Source: Amoebophrya sp. A120 (Eukaryota > Protista > Dinoflagellata). From it: DNA of 64,000 nt. Every line of letters starts with the position of its first letter. Positions within the stretch are counted from its first letter, which is position 1. The DNA is taken from positions 11,520,733-11,584,732 of the forward strand of contig CAJINV010000003.1 of assembly GCA_905178155.1 (NCBI GenBank), read 5' to 3'. The notes below the pieces were generated by a model, which worked only from the letters and a program-made list of their open reading frames with translations, was not told the DNA's origin and ran no database searches. Both the position numbers and the translations under genes were made by a program. Positions 48,795 to 58,896 of this stretch are shown one piece after another.

Positions 48795-49758
48795 CTTGAC
48801 GTTTTATTACTTTTATTTCACTACGGAGGTTTTATGTTTCTTCAGAGGGCTACTTGTTCAATCCTCTTTTCGCTTGTGCTTTCGTCTTCGTGAGCGCGAC
48901 GAGGTAAATTTCAATAAATTCCGCAATTAGTATTAGACTATCCTGACAGCTCCTCGGGTCTTCTTGGCTTCTTCGATGGGGCAATTGCTTCTACCCCCTT
49001 CTGCAGTCATACAGAAGCACTGATTTACGGAGGTGCCTTCACGTGGCTATTCAGAAGAAAAAGGAAAAGCTGCAACAAGGAATCCGACTACAGCACAGGC
49101 ACAGACACGCTGATAAAAGGGAGATGACATTAAAACGCTCTGCTAGATGCCATGGAAAGCAGCAGCAGAGCGCTTTCTTTTGAAAGAAAACAAATCGAAA
49201 GTGCCAGGAAGCGAGTTTCCAATCATGTATCTGTATGATCAATCTTGCGAGATCTACGTGTGCTCTCGTCTGGGGACGTAGGATCTTCAGAAGAGGAAGA
49301 GAAGATAAACAATGAGACCAGAAAATGACACATACACAGACAGGCTAGTAAAGGAAAGCACCAACAGAACTAGTAATTCGTGCGGCGCCAGTGGTGGAGA
49401 TTCATAGAGTGGACTCGCTCTTAACAATACGAAAGAGCGCTGCCGAAAACGAAATCCGCATACGGCAGCAAAGACATGTCCTCAGTCGTTGTGAGCAGCG
49501 CAACGAATAGTCGTCATTATTTGAAGTAATTTTGTTCGTGTCGTGTCTGCAAAATGTATAGGCGTCGTGTTCATTTTCTCGTATTCATAATGGCATTGCT
49601 GTTGCATCTATTGTTGTAGAAAAACAGAAACTACACCCGAGCTACGCGTTCTTCAACTCATACTCTGTCGAAAAATCCTCAGAACGGAATTTACTTTTTC
49701 ATTTTCAACATATATTTATATTATTTTCTTGGAATTGATCCGACGCATTCTAAACATA

Positions 49759-52700
49759 TTAATCCGACGGCGCCACCCACTTCCACAGCTGCGACTTTTC
49801 GTGGATGTCGCACTTGACCAATCTGGCTGAATACGGTGACTTTTCACACTTTTCGCTCGAAAATTCCAGACACCGGAGGGAGCCGTGCACCAAGAAAACG
49901 CCCGTCTGCTCGTACAGGGACGCCGAGCTGTCTAACGGCACGAACTGCAGCGGCCGCGGCGTGGATTTTGCGCCCACCGTGTACCTCTTCCTCCGCTGGA
50001 CCAAAATCTTATGAACTGCAAAATTATCGTACTCGTAGTAATGCAATACATCAAATATGTCATGCTGATTTAGCTTGAACAAAAAAAATTGTGTTCCATG
50101 GCTGCGATTTTAGTGCGAGCACGATGCTTTTGCGCAGCATACATCTTCGACTCCAGCAAGTCCCGCGTTTCCTGGTTCGCCCAGGTTTTTTATCGTGAGG
50201 AAAATCGTCCGCAGCCCATAGTTTATTTCATGCAAATCAGCAAAACCATAAATATAGACGTTTATCATCCGCAGCTCCATGTTGAAAAGCATTTTTTAAT
50301 CGCTGTGCGGGAGTTTGTCTTGCTGTAATCAGGATAAATTCAAATTGATCGATTTGTGATGCGGCCGCAGAGTCTAAACCCGACCAAGCTGCGCAAAGAA
50401 TTTTGTCGTGCGCAACGCCCAAACCTGGCGGATCTGTGTAGCAATAAAGCCCTCATCTTTACTATGGACGAGTGGGGACGTTTTAACAACGGTATTTTTT
50501 CCTGGATGTTCAGCTGGTTCACATCTTCCTCTTCGAGAATCTTCGCTGCCTCCTCTTATGAATGGCAACTGTATCGGACTAGTTGTCGAAGTACTTAGTG
50601 TTAGTTGCAATACAAATTAGCTCAGCATTGCAACTGGAATTTGTCATGCCACTTTAGCTCGGAAAAGGAATTTGTCTTGCAGGACTGCGATTAGATTTCT
50701 CCGAGTGCGATACTTGTTTTGCACAGGATACCTCCTCCGAAACCGCCAAATCTTCGTCTTTTTCGCAGCTGTGCCATACCAGATCCCACACCTTCTTACT
50801 AACTTTCCGCGCCATTACGCAGTCCTTGAATTATGCATCGCAAAACAAAAACTATCGCGGTTCTCGTATACAAAATCCACTACAAAGTGTCGCACTTCAG
50901 GGAACAATTCAATACCTCATGCTAGTCTCTTAAATCTATCGGGTGAGAAGTTGTGAGAGAAGATTATCGCGCAGAAGTGTTGTAAGTAAGACTTTGTCCT
51001 ACGACAACGATAGAAGTTTTGCGCAGGAGGATATGAATTCCGACATGCCTATCCTCAGTTGGTTGTTGATTGCCAAGTACGCCTGGGATCCGTTTTCCCC
51101 GTGGCACGGGTACAGCCCGAGGTTCTGCCCGGAATGAGCCGCACCTAAAGTGTCCATGCACGCGTTGGCCTGTTCTAGCGACCGGATCGACCCGGCATGC
51201 AGTTTCGGTCGGGGTTGCTCGGTTTTGTCGTGCTGATGTTTCCCCTGTATTTCTATTGCGCCCGTGGCGTCGGTCTGAATCTGCTCGCTGCTGTCCTCCT
51301 CGCTGTCTTTTGCTGCTTGCTGTTTTCTTGCCGATATCCAACCGTGCAAAAATGGATCGCGATCGCATCGCACTTGTTTGTAAAACGTGACCATAGATTT
51401 ATCACAAACTATGTTTTGTTCATCTTACGATAAGAACAAAACATAGTATCAGTATCTGATAAAAGCATCTATCAATATCAAACTGGACTTACGACGTCAT
51501 ACGAAGAGTACAGAAATAGATGATAATTCCTCCACTCCAGCAGCATCAGGACCACCAGGAGCAGCATTTATTTTGATGCATCCTTTCGACGACTTGCAAA
51601 GCTTTTGATTTGCGTAGTGAAGTATTCCTGTGCATTTCTTTGTGCGATGGCCGAATGTTCATTTTCTCCCCGCTGCGTAGCTATGTCAAGCTGTTGTCTC
51701 AAGTTTCCGGGGACGTACATCTCCGGGTACACGTTCGTCATGTACCAGTGAAAATCTTTGCACTTCAGCTTCTCGCGCACCCGCAGCGGAAACTCCAGCG
51801 ACCCGAGTTTGTAGCCCCGGGTGCTCCCCATCACAATCTTTGCCAAGTCCGCATACTCGTCCATCCATACAATATATCCAGAGGAAAAAAACTACTGGGA
51901 TAGTACACTACAACATTTTTGGCGCCGCAGATATTTGCCTGATATAATTCAAATTCGCATATACAGAAAAGATTTTGCATGCGTCCCTTGTGCGCGCTCG
52001 TGAACTTGTTCGCGAGAAGCAAACGTTCTTGAAGAATGTCGGGTATGACAAGGTGAGTAGACTGCTCTGCATTGCAAACTTACACCGAACGCAGTTTCTT
52101 TCGTGCATACAGCGGCAGCGCGACGTTTGTTACGCCATATCACTGTGTCAGAGACGGGAAAGACCTGATTCATGTTAGTTCGTTGTTCTTGTGTGTGGCT
52201 TTTTATTTATCGTTGCATCATGCTAGTTCATCCATGTAAGTCTGAAGACGCATGAGAAAGTGGTCATGGTACCTTCGCATGTTGACACGTGTTTGTTCAC
52301 GACAATAATGTTCAACAGATGTTGCAAATCCAACTTACAAGTACAAACTTTTATCCGTACAGAAGAAGCACCATCATCTTCGCTCTACTACCTGCCCCTG
52401 CCAGTGCTCGCTGGATCGAAAAACGTGCCCAATCGCGGAGCAAGGGATGTAGTCGATTCGCCCGTGGCACTGCCAAACCTTGAAGCCGATCTCCATCCCC
52501 TATGCGTTGCAAAAGCATAATTTTAATATGTTCCATAGTAGCAGTAGAAATTTCAGGACAATTACTTATTCTCAGCACGAGAAATGAAACTTGCCATGCT
52601 GAACCAATTAGGATACCAGATATGAAGATGTTATGCCGACGTTCTGCATCTGCAATTAGTACAACGAGAAGGACGATACTTTTGCAAGGCATATTTCTTC

Positions 52701-55700
52701 TCCTCCGTAGATTTCAAATTCAGGGTCGTAGCCCTCCAGCTCGTCCAGAAAGAACTCCCGACTCGCGCCAAACAAGCCCCCGGCCATGATGGGACTCGCG
52801 CTGGGCTCGAACTGCGACCCGGACCGGCGGGGGACGGGGGACTGGCCCAGCTTCCAGGTGAACCCGAGGACCCCCAGGCCCCCGGCGCCCGCGCCGGGAT
52901 GGTAGTTAAACGCGTCGGAGCCGATCACCTCGATGGAGGGCGTCACGACATTCTCCTTTATGGGATTCGCAACCGTTACACTCTCAATTGTTGCAACATG
53001 AATTTGCGATGCAAGAACAGCAACAGCGAAAGGGGCAGGCTTGCACTTTGCGCCTCACAAATTCGGCACAGGTTTCCTCGACGCTGAAGCTGATGTTTAA
53101 AAGCACTTCGAAAATTTGTCATGCGAAATATCTTGATCACCCGGTGGCTTATGGTCGTAACTTCGCATGACAAATCATGCTGTACGCAGGTGAGAATGTA
53201 ACGTGTGACGAGACTCCCATAGTCTTGTCTTTCAGCATGTGTGCCATCAGGGGTTCGAGCCAGTGGCTGCGGCACTCGATGTGGGAGTCGAGGAAAACCA
53301 AATACTCCCCTACCGCAGCGCGCGCGCCGGCGACCCGCGCGCGCATCAATCCTCCGCGGACCGGGAGCCGGAGCAGCTATGATTTGTAACAACGTCCACA
53401 CCCCCTAGGCGTAATGCAAATCCGCATGGTGAGAATATTTCTCACGCGGAACCCCATGAGAGGCATTTCCTGGCCACGTTTTGGAATGTGTCATGCTCCA
53501 ACCAGCACTATATGCTGCTAGATCTGTGACGCTGCTGAACTACCTGAACAGCATGACACTACGAGGCCAAACTTGTCATGCGCAACAGCCAAAGCTGGTT
53601 GCTTTGTCTAGCGGATTCCCCATCTTGACGCTGGCGTGGGGGCGTTTTTCCTCAGGATAGCAGCTTGGTTTTCTTCGTGTCGGTCTCGATGAACTTTTTC
53701 AGCTTCTGGTCCAAGTCCGGCTTGAGGCTGAAGTCGGACGCGTCGTCCACTAGAACCACCTCTTCCAACAGCGAATCAGGCGTACGGTTTTATGCATTTT
53801 TGCAAAAGGTGTATCACAATCCCATGCGCATTTTTGCAATCTTCATGGACAGAGAAAGATAAGCGCAAATCTCATTCATATCCCAGCTGATGTTGAATAG
53901 AATGAACATGAAGATCTACTATAGTAGCATGACAAATTGCATTTGATTTCGAATGATACACAGTATCACATCTTCAATCATCTGTGCGAAGATTAATATA
54001 TTACGTTTGCAAGTCGTAGATTCAAGACGGTGACTAGTGATCGGATTAAGGTCGAGAGCAGTTCGTTGTAGAAGACGATAACCACGGAGGCGGTGACGCC
54101 GTCTGCGGTTTGAAGCAAACCCGACGTCTCCTCCTCATCGGAATAGTCAACGCACTTGCTGTGCCGGCCTTCCTATCAAATGTAAAAATGTCTGGGTCTG
54201 GAAGAATGCAACTTGTGATGCTGCGTTTCGATGTCTAAAAAATTTGTGTTGCATGAGCAGCAAAAGGAATCTAATGGGTGCCACGCGGAGAGGGCATTTG
54301 TCATGCGGAATGGGCATCAAGAATCCCTCAAAAAACCTGTGATGCTAGGGCATACATGACAGGCATCATGGGTCATGAGAAATATGCACGACAAATCTTG
54401 CATTCTTCCAGACCCAGACATTTTTGCATTTGATACTTCCGGAACAGGGCGGACGAGCGGAAGGGAATCTGACGTCCAGCTGTTGAAGCAATACCTGGAT
54501 TTGTTTTTCGCTGCGTTCCTTCCGAGTGTTATCCAGACAGAGCCAACACCGCCCAAGCGGCCCGTTGGAACGAGCCTGAAGGGGCTGGGCGAAGCAGGCC
54601 GGACCTAGCTTCCGTAGCGGGGAACGGCCCACTCCATCACCACTTGGCCCCCAGGGCAAGACCCCCCAGAACCCCACCTCCGGTGGTTGAATGGGGGGAA
54701 CAGCGCCAGCCCCAGCCCCACTTGCCCCCAAGGGAAGACAGGCAACCGACTGAATCCAACCCGCACAGTATGCCCAGGCAGCGCAACCTCGCTCCCAAAA
54801 GCACCTACCCCTCGTAATCTCCGGGCCCCTGACTCGCCGTGCCGAGCGCACGTAGCCCCTACCTCGCCGACCAACGCTAGAAGCGCGAGCATCTGCAACT
54901 CTAGCGGGAGCAGTGTATGCGAGTATCCGAAAAAGGAATGCCCTCCCACAGAAGGAAGCCATACTACTGGTGCGCGTCCTGTAAGCAATCTCCAACAACC
55001 CGCACGAAAGGTCCGCTCTCCCCCGTGACCTGGTGAGATAAACGACTTCCCGCGTAATGGCTAGCACGGAACGGCCTTGCGCCACAAGAAAAACCTAGGA
55101 TGATCCACCACCAAGCAATAGACAACAAGATACTGTGGTCCCCAAGACCAAAATCCTGAAAAAGTTTCTGCGTTGAAAGCGCCGGCCCAGAGCCCCCGCG
55201 CCGCGAAACTCAAAGTGCAAAGCGGCCACAGCCGGGCAACAAAACACAGTAGAAACAGTGAAGCGGTAAGACAGCACACCCGCCAAAAACCCGAGTATGA
55301 GAGTACCACAAGGCTTCCGAATGTGGCGGGAACTTCAGTCCCCTCTAGGGAAAGCCGGCCTGGGCGGAGAAAGAAAATGAAGGAGAGGCGAAACCGGCGC
55401 CAAGCCGTGGGCCGCGGTTGCGGCAAAGAGCAAGGGAGTGCGCCATTAATAGCAGGGGCAAACCGAGAGAGACGCAGCAGGCGCTTCCAGCACGAGCAAG
55501 ACACACGGCTTCCTCGTGAAGCGACCGGAGCAAATATCTACCTCTTCTTAAACCCAAAGCCCGGCGGCACGAAAAAGCCCCAGCAGGAATGTAGAACCTC
55601 AGAGAATCTGACGTCCAGCTGTTGAAGCAATACCTGGATTTGTTGATCATATCAACCGGGTTTTTTCTCCCGCTAGCCAGTGAGTCCATCTGGTGCTCAG

Positions 55701-56508
55701 CAACAAAAGATCGTGGCCAGCTGCAAGCCTACTTACAGTCTTAATGCACCAGCTGCGCCCATCAAGGCGCGACGACGACTGCTAGTCTCTCTCCTGTGGA
55801 GCCAACATGTATTAACTGGCTCATCACACGATCGATTGCCGATCAGGGCCTCGTTGGACGATGTCATTGTGATTTTCTGATCGTTGCCACAGATGAAGTA
55901 GTGGCTGTTTGTACCTACATCCAAGAATAGCCAAATTGGAATTTCATCCATTTGTTTCTTTCTCACCCTGTATGCGCGGTCCTTTTTTCCTCTTTCGTCA
56001 TCTCGCGCCCTTCTGCCCATTTCCTCTCGGGTTGCCAAGTGTGCCCAAACTCTTTCTCGGGGTCCACCGGGCGCCAGGGTTTCGACAGAATGGCCAAGTC
56101 TTCAAACACCTCCTCCTCAAATCGGTCGGCCTCGGCGACCCGCCGCGCCCGCAGGTCGCTGCAGGACGCCGCCTGCGTTGCGTTCCGCTTCTTCAAAGCC
56201 AGCTCGAACTCGTCCTCGTCTTCCACCGTGCTGCATTTCTTCTCCTCGACCGTCGCCAGTCGCCAGTACTCCGCCGGCCGGCTCCACCAGTCCAGGTCAC
56301 TGACGTCTTGCTTAGCAGCTGCAGCCGCGTGGAGCAATGCCGCTGCTGGGAGCAGTAGTGCTGTTCGGAGGACGAAAAGGGAGACGACCGGCGGCAGAAA
56401 AAGGCCTATTGAATGGTAGCCAGCACGCGCCGCTGCTCCGGTGCTGCTTCCTCCTCGGGTCGTTGAGAACAACATGAAAGCAGAAGATAAACGTGACGCA
56501 CGGCTCAT
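49759..56508 (-). CDS. Polypeptide N-acetylgalactosaminyltransferase (GT27) with ricin-B lectin domain, many exons
   Basis: Motifs [55 protein letters not shown] (DxH), [39 protein letters not shown] and LKCKDFHWY, plus lectin CMDT...[12 protein letters not shown] and an N-terminal hydrophobic segment. Junctions near 55.7, 51.5 and 50.3 kb are unresolved. Confidence 0.88.
50010..50141. mobile_element. Introner, family D (132 bp)
   Basis: TATGAACTGCAAAATTATCGT / ACGATGCTTTTGCGCAGCATA. Flanks AATCT/CATCT. Confidence 0.85.
50557..50730. mobile_element. Introner, family D (174 bp)
   Basis: Shares GCAATACAAATTAGCTCAGCAT and TTTTGCACAGGATA with the element at 34103. Flanks CCTCT/CCTCC. Confidence 0.85.
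50832..51033. mobile_element. Introner (202 bp)
   Basis: TATGCATCGCAAAAC / GTTTTGCGCAGGAGGATA. Perfect TSD TGAAT. Frame SEF|KDC. Confidence 0.85.
51875..52109. mobile_element. Degenerate introner (235 bp)
   Basis: TAT...ATA ends, weak TIR, flanks CAATA/CAGCG. Removal restores conserved AAA|VWMDEY. Confidence 0.65.
52501..52693. mobile_element. Introner, family D-like (193 bp)
   Basis: TATGCGTTGCAAAAG / CTTTTGCAAGGCATA. TSD decayed. Removal restores GGEE|[10 protein letters not shown]. Confidence 0.8.
52959..53221. mobile_element. Introner (263 bp)
   Basis: TATGGGA...CGTTACACTCTC / GAGAATGTAACG...TCCCATA. Flanks TCCTT/GTCTT. Frame KDKT|NVVTP. Confidence 0.8.
53378..53659. mobile_element. 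Introner, family C (282 bp), inverted relative to 10945
   Basis: Right end GCGTTTTTCCTCAGGATA is the inverted match of the left end of 10945 (TATCCTGAGTAAAAACGT). Perfect TSD GCAGC. Frame KL|LRLP..GLMRAR. Confidence 0.9.
53791..54018. mobile_element. Degenerate introner (228 bp)
   Basis: TATGCATTTTTGCAAA / TTTGCAAGTCGTA. Flanks GGTTT/GATTC. Removal restores conserved VLN|RTP. Confidence 0.7.
54174..54435. mobile_element. Introner, family A (262 bp)
   Basis: TATCAAATGTAAAAATGTCTGGGTCTGGAAGAATGCAA / TTGCATTCTTCCAGACCCAGACATTTTTGCATTTGATA. Perfect TSD CTTCC. Confidence 0.95.
54465..55644. mobile_element. 1,098-bp GC-rich insertion flanked by a perfect 41-bp direct repeat of exon sequence
   Basis: GAATCTGACGTCCAGCTGTTGAAGCAATACCTGGATTTGTT occurs at 54465-54505 and 55604-55644. 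Both copies encode [13 protein letters not shown] of the GalNAc-T. Confidence 0.85.
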
Positions 56509-58896
56509 TTTTGCTTGATAATGAGTAATAATTAAGAGACGGGAACAACATCAACCGCGTTCTGAAGCAGATTTGCTTGTAGGTTTGATCGCCCGTAGTA
56601 CAAAGAAAAGGATCCGTTCGTGCTGTTTCATCGAAAAACAGTATAGCGAAAAGCAGACTTCTTTCTGCAAAAAGAATATGTCATTACAATAAAGGTGGTT
56701 GCAGCACCTGCAAGGCAATGCCGCCTCGATGCGAAAAAAATAAATATCAGATACTAGGGGCGCAGAGAGACAGTGATGCTTACGGCCTGACGGACATGCT
56801 ACGGTTCTTGTTCCAGAGATGGTCTGCTTCTTTTCATGCAGCTGGGTCTGCTGTCTTTTGGTTCAAAATAGAAACAAAACTTATGCTCATGCTCAAACAG
56901 CTTCAACTTTTCAATTTGATCCGTGGTCACGAGTGGAATCAACATGAACAAAAACAAGTAAACAAAAGCACCCTGGTATCACGATCAAGCAGATTCTTCA
57001 CCGGTAATACGAGACGCACGATCGAACAGAATGGGTCCAGCTCTTCACCTCTGCCTTTCGCAGTTCGTCTGCCGGTGCACCATGGTTACAAGGGAAGTTC
57101 TCAGTGACTAAGATGAAGATGAAGATGAACTTAAAATAAATTAATTGTAAAAGCTCGCTCTCCTCCACCAATCTCGGTCAATGTCTCTACCGGTACTGCC
57201 ATGAAGAGCTCCAGTTTGGTTGAACAACACACATACACACACACACAGGTGAATAAAAAACAGTGTTCAATTATGGACGCTATGCAAACAATAAATATTA
57301 AGTATGTTAAAATAGAATGAGCAGACAAGTGAGAAACGCAAATAAAGTAAATACGACCACATCTCTATGTGTACGTAGTCTATCTCTATGTTCGTTGGGT
57401 TGTCGTAATAATCATGTATATTTTTCAAAAGCGTACTTACAGCGAAGAGCCGTGCTGGACCCTCTTTAGATAGGCCTGGGTGTGAAGAGCGATGGGAAAC
57501 TGAACTCAATGAAATAGACCGCGCTGTGCAAACATCTATTTTCGAAACGAATGTAGAAGTATCAAGAGGAAAACTACCCAAAAAAGACCGTAGTATCGAT
57601 ACCGTCGGGCCCGCATTTGGAAGCGGATGCGTAGCGTCGTCAGTACGGACATGCAAATAAACAATACAAACAAGAAAGAGAGAAGCGAGTTCATTTTTGG
57701 ATTGAAAGTCAAAAGGACGGCACCTAAACAGCTACAACGCACTCCAATTTGTTTCGGGGACAGTGCGGACAAGGTCGCGCACAATACCGCAACAAACCAA
57801 ACAGTCCGGAGACGAAATTCGAATGCCGACACTGATGATATGAAGTGTCCTGCTTAAGAAGTATGTCTATGTAAATGCACATCGTCTGGTTGCATGTGCA
57901 TATGGTATACTACTTATTTAAGCCCAGAGCTATCCCTATCTCGCAAAGCCAAAACCAAAAAAATCAGAACGAAAATAGCTCGTCCACGAAGCGCCACTAC
58001 GTCGACTTGTTGGGGCTCGCGGCCTGCCATGCTCGGAGAAAATTGAGGGAAGATTTTTTGTATTTACGCTTCGCCACTATCAAAAGAAACCCGCGGGCCC
58101 ATATTCAGATCGAAGCCTGCTGGCACGTTTTCCAATATCATATGACACAAAGGCACTCTTCCCTTCGCAGCGAAACCACGTGTCATACAGATGCACGACT
58201 TAATGGAGCTGCAGCATTCATTGTGCTGTGTGGTGCTGTGACTTGAATTACAAACGGACTGCGGTCGGGGCTGCGTCATGTGTTTCAATCATTGTCCCAC
58301 GGACACGTGATGCAGATGAGAAAGAGCCACTGGCCGCGCTAGGGCTCCTCGGTGCTTGCACCGGTCACCATAGCGGAGATTGGGTGCATCGCGTTGAGAT
58401 ACAGATGACTACCCTCTCCGCCTTCTTCATGCAATTGCAATTCATCTCCATTCTCTCAATTTATATGTTGCTTATGTAGCGTGCTTATGATCGAAAGGTC
58501 AACAAAAGGACATGTCGCTGGAAGGGGAACCCAGGACACGTGTCCGGGGTTCGCCTCCGCCCTGTTCAACGAGAATATGGGCACGCATGGTGAGACTGTG
58601 GTAGCTTCTTCAAGGTCCAGCCTGGCCTTGTCCCTTTTTTGTCGTATCATCATGAAGAGCTGGCCCACTTTTCTAACCCGCCATCCGCTGAAGCTTCGTT
58701 TCCAAAATACAACATGCTGAGGCTTTGCTTGAAGCGAAAGCGCTTTTCTTTTTCAATCGCGCGTTTGCAGCCCGGCGCCCTTACGAATTGGCGCGTCGCA
58801 TCAAACTTAACTAAGTCGCCCCTGAGACAGCTTCCGCTGACCCTGCGCGCGTCAACAAAAGGGAAAACGCGTTCGCTTGCTGGGTAAGCCAGCAGA

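Noticed and set aside
50191-50508. Possible additional family B-like introner (left end TATCGTGAGGAAAATC)
   Set aside because: The right end and TSD could not be defined, and the element-plus-5 rule did not restore the frame. It is not counted among the 29.
24183-54435. Recurrent peptides [18 protein letters not shown] and QKCLGLEE in many small ORFs, suggesting a repeat protein family or CRISPR-like array
   Set aside because: They are translations of the family A TIR. Copies come as dispersed inverted pairs, not as direct repeats with regular spacers.
54366-55625. ORFs of 113-239 aa within the 1.1-kb insertion as a transposase or reverse transcriptase
   Set aside because: No recognisable RT, endonuclease, DDE or recombinase motifs; such ORFs are expected in GC-rich DNA.
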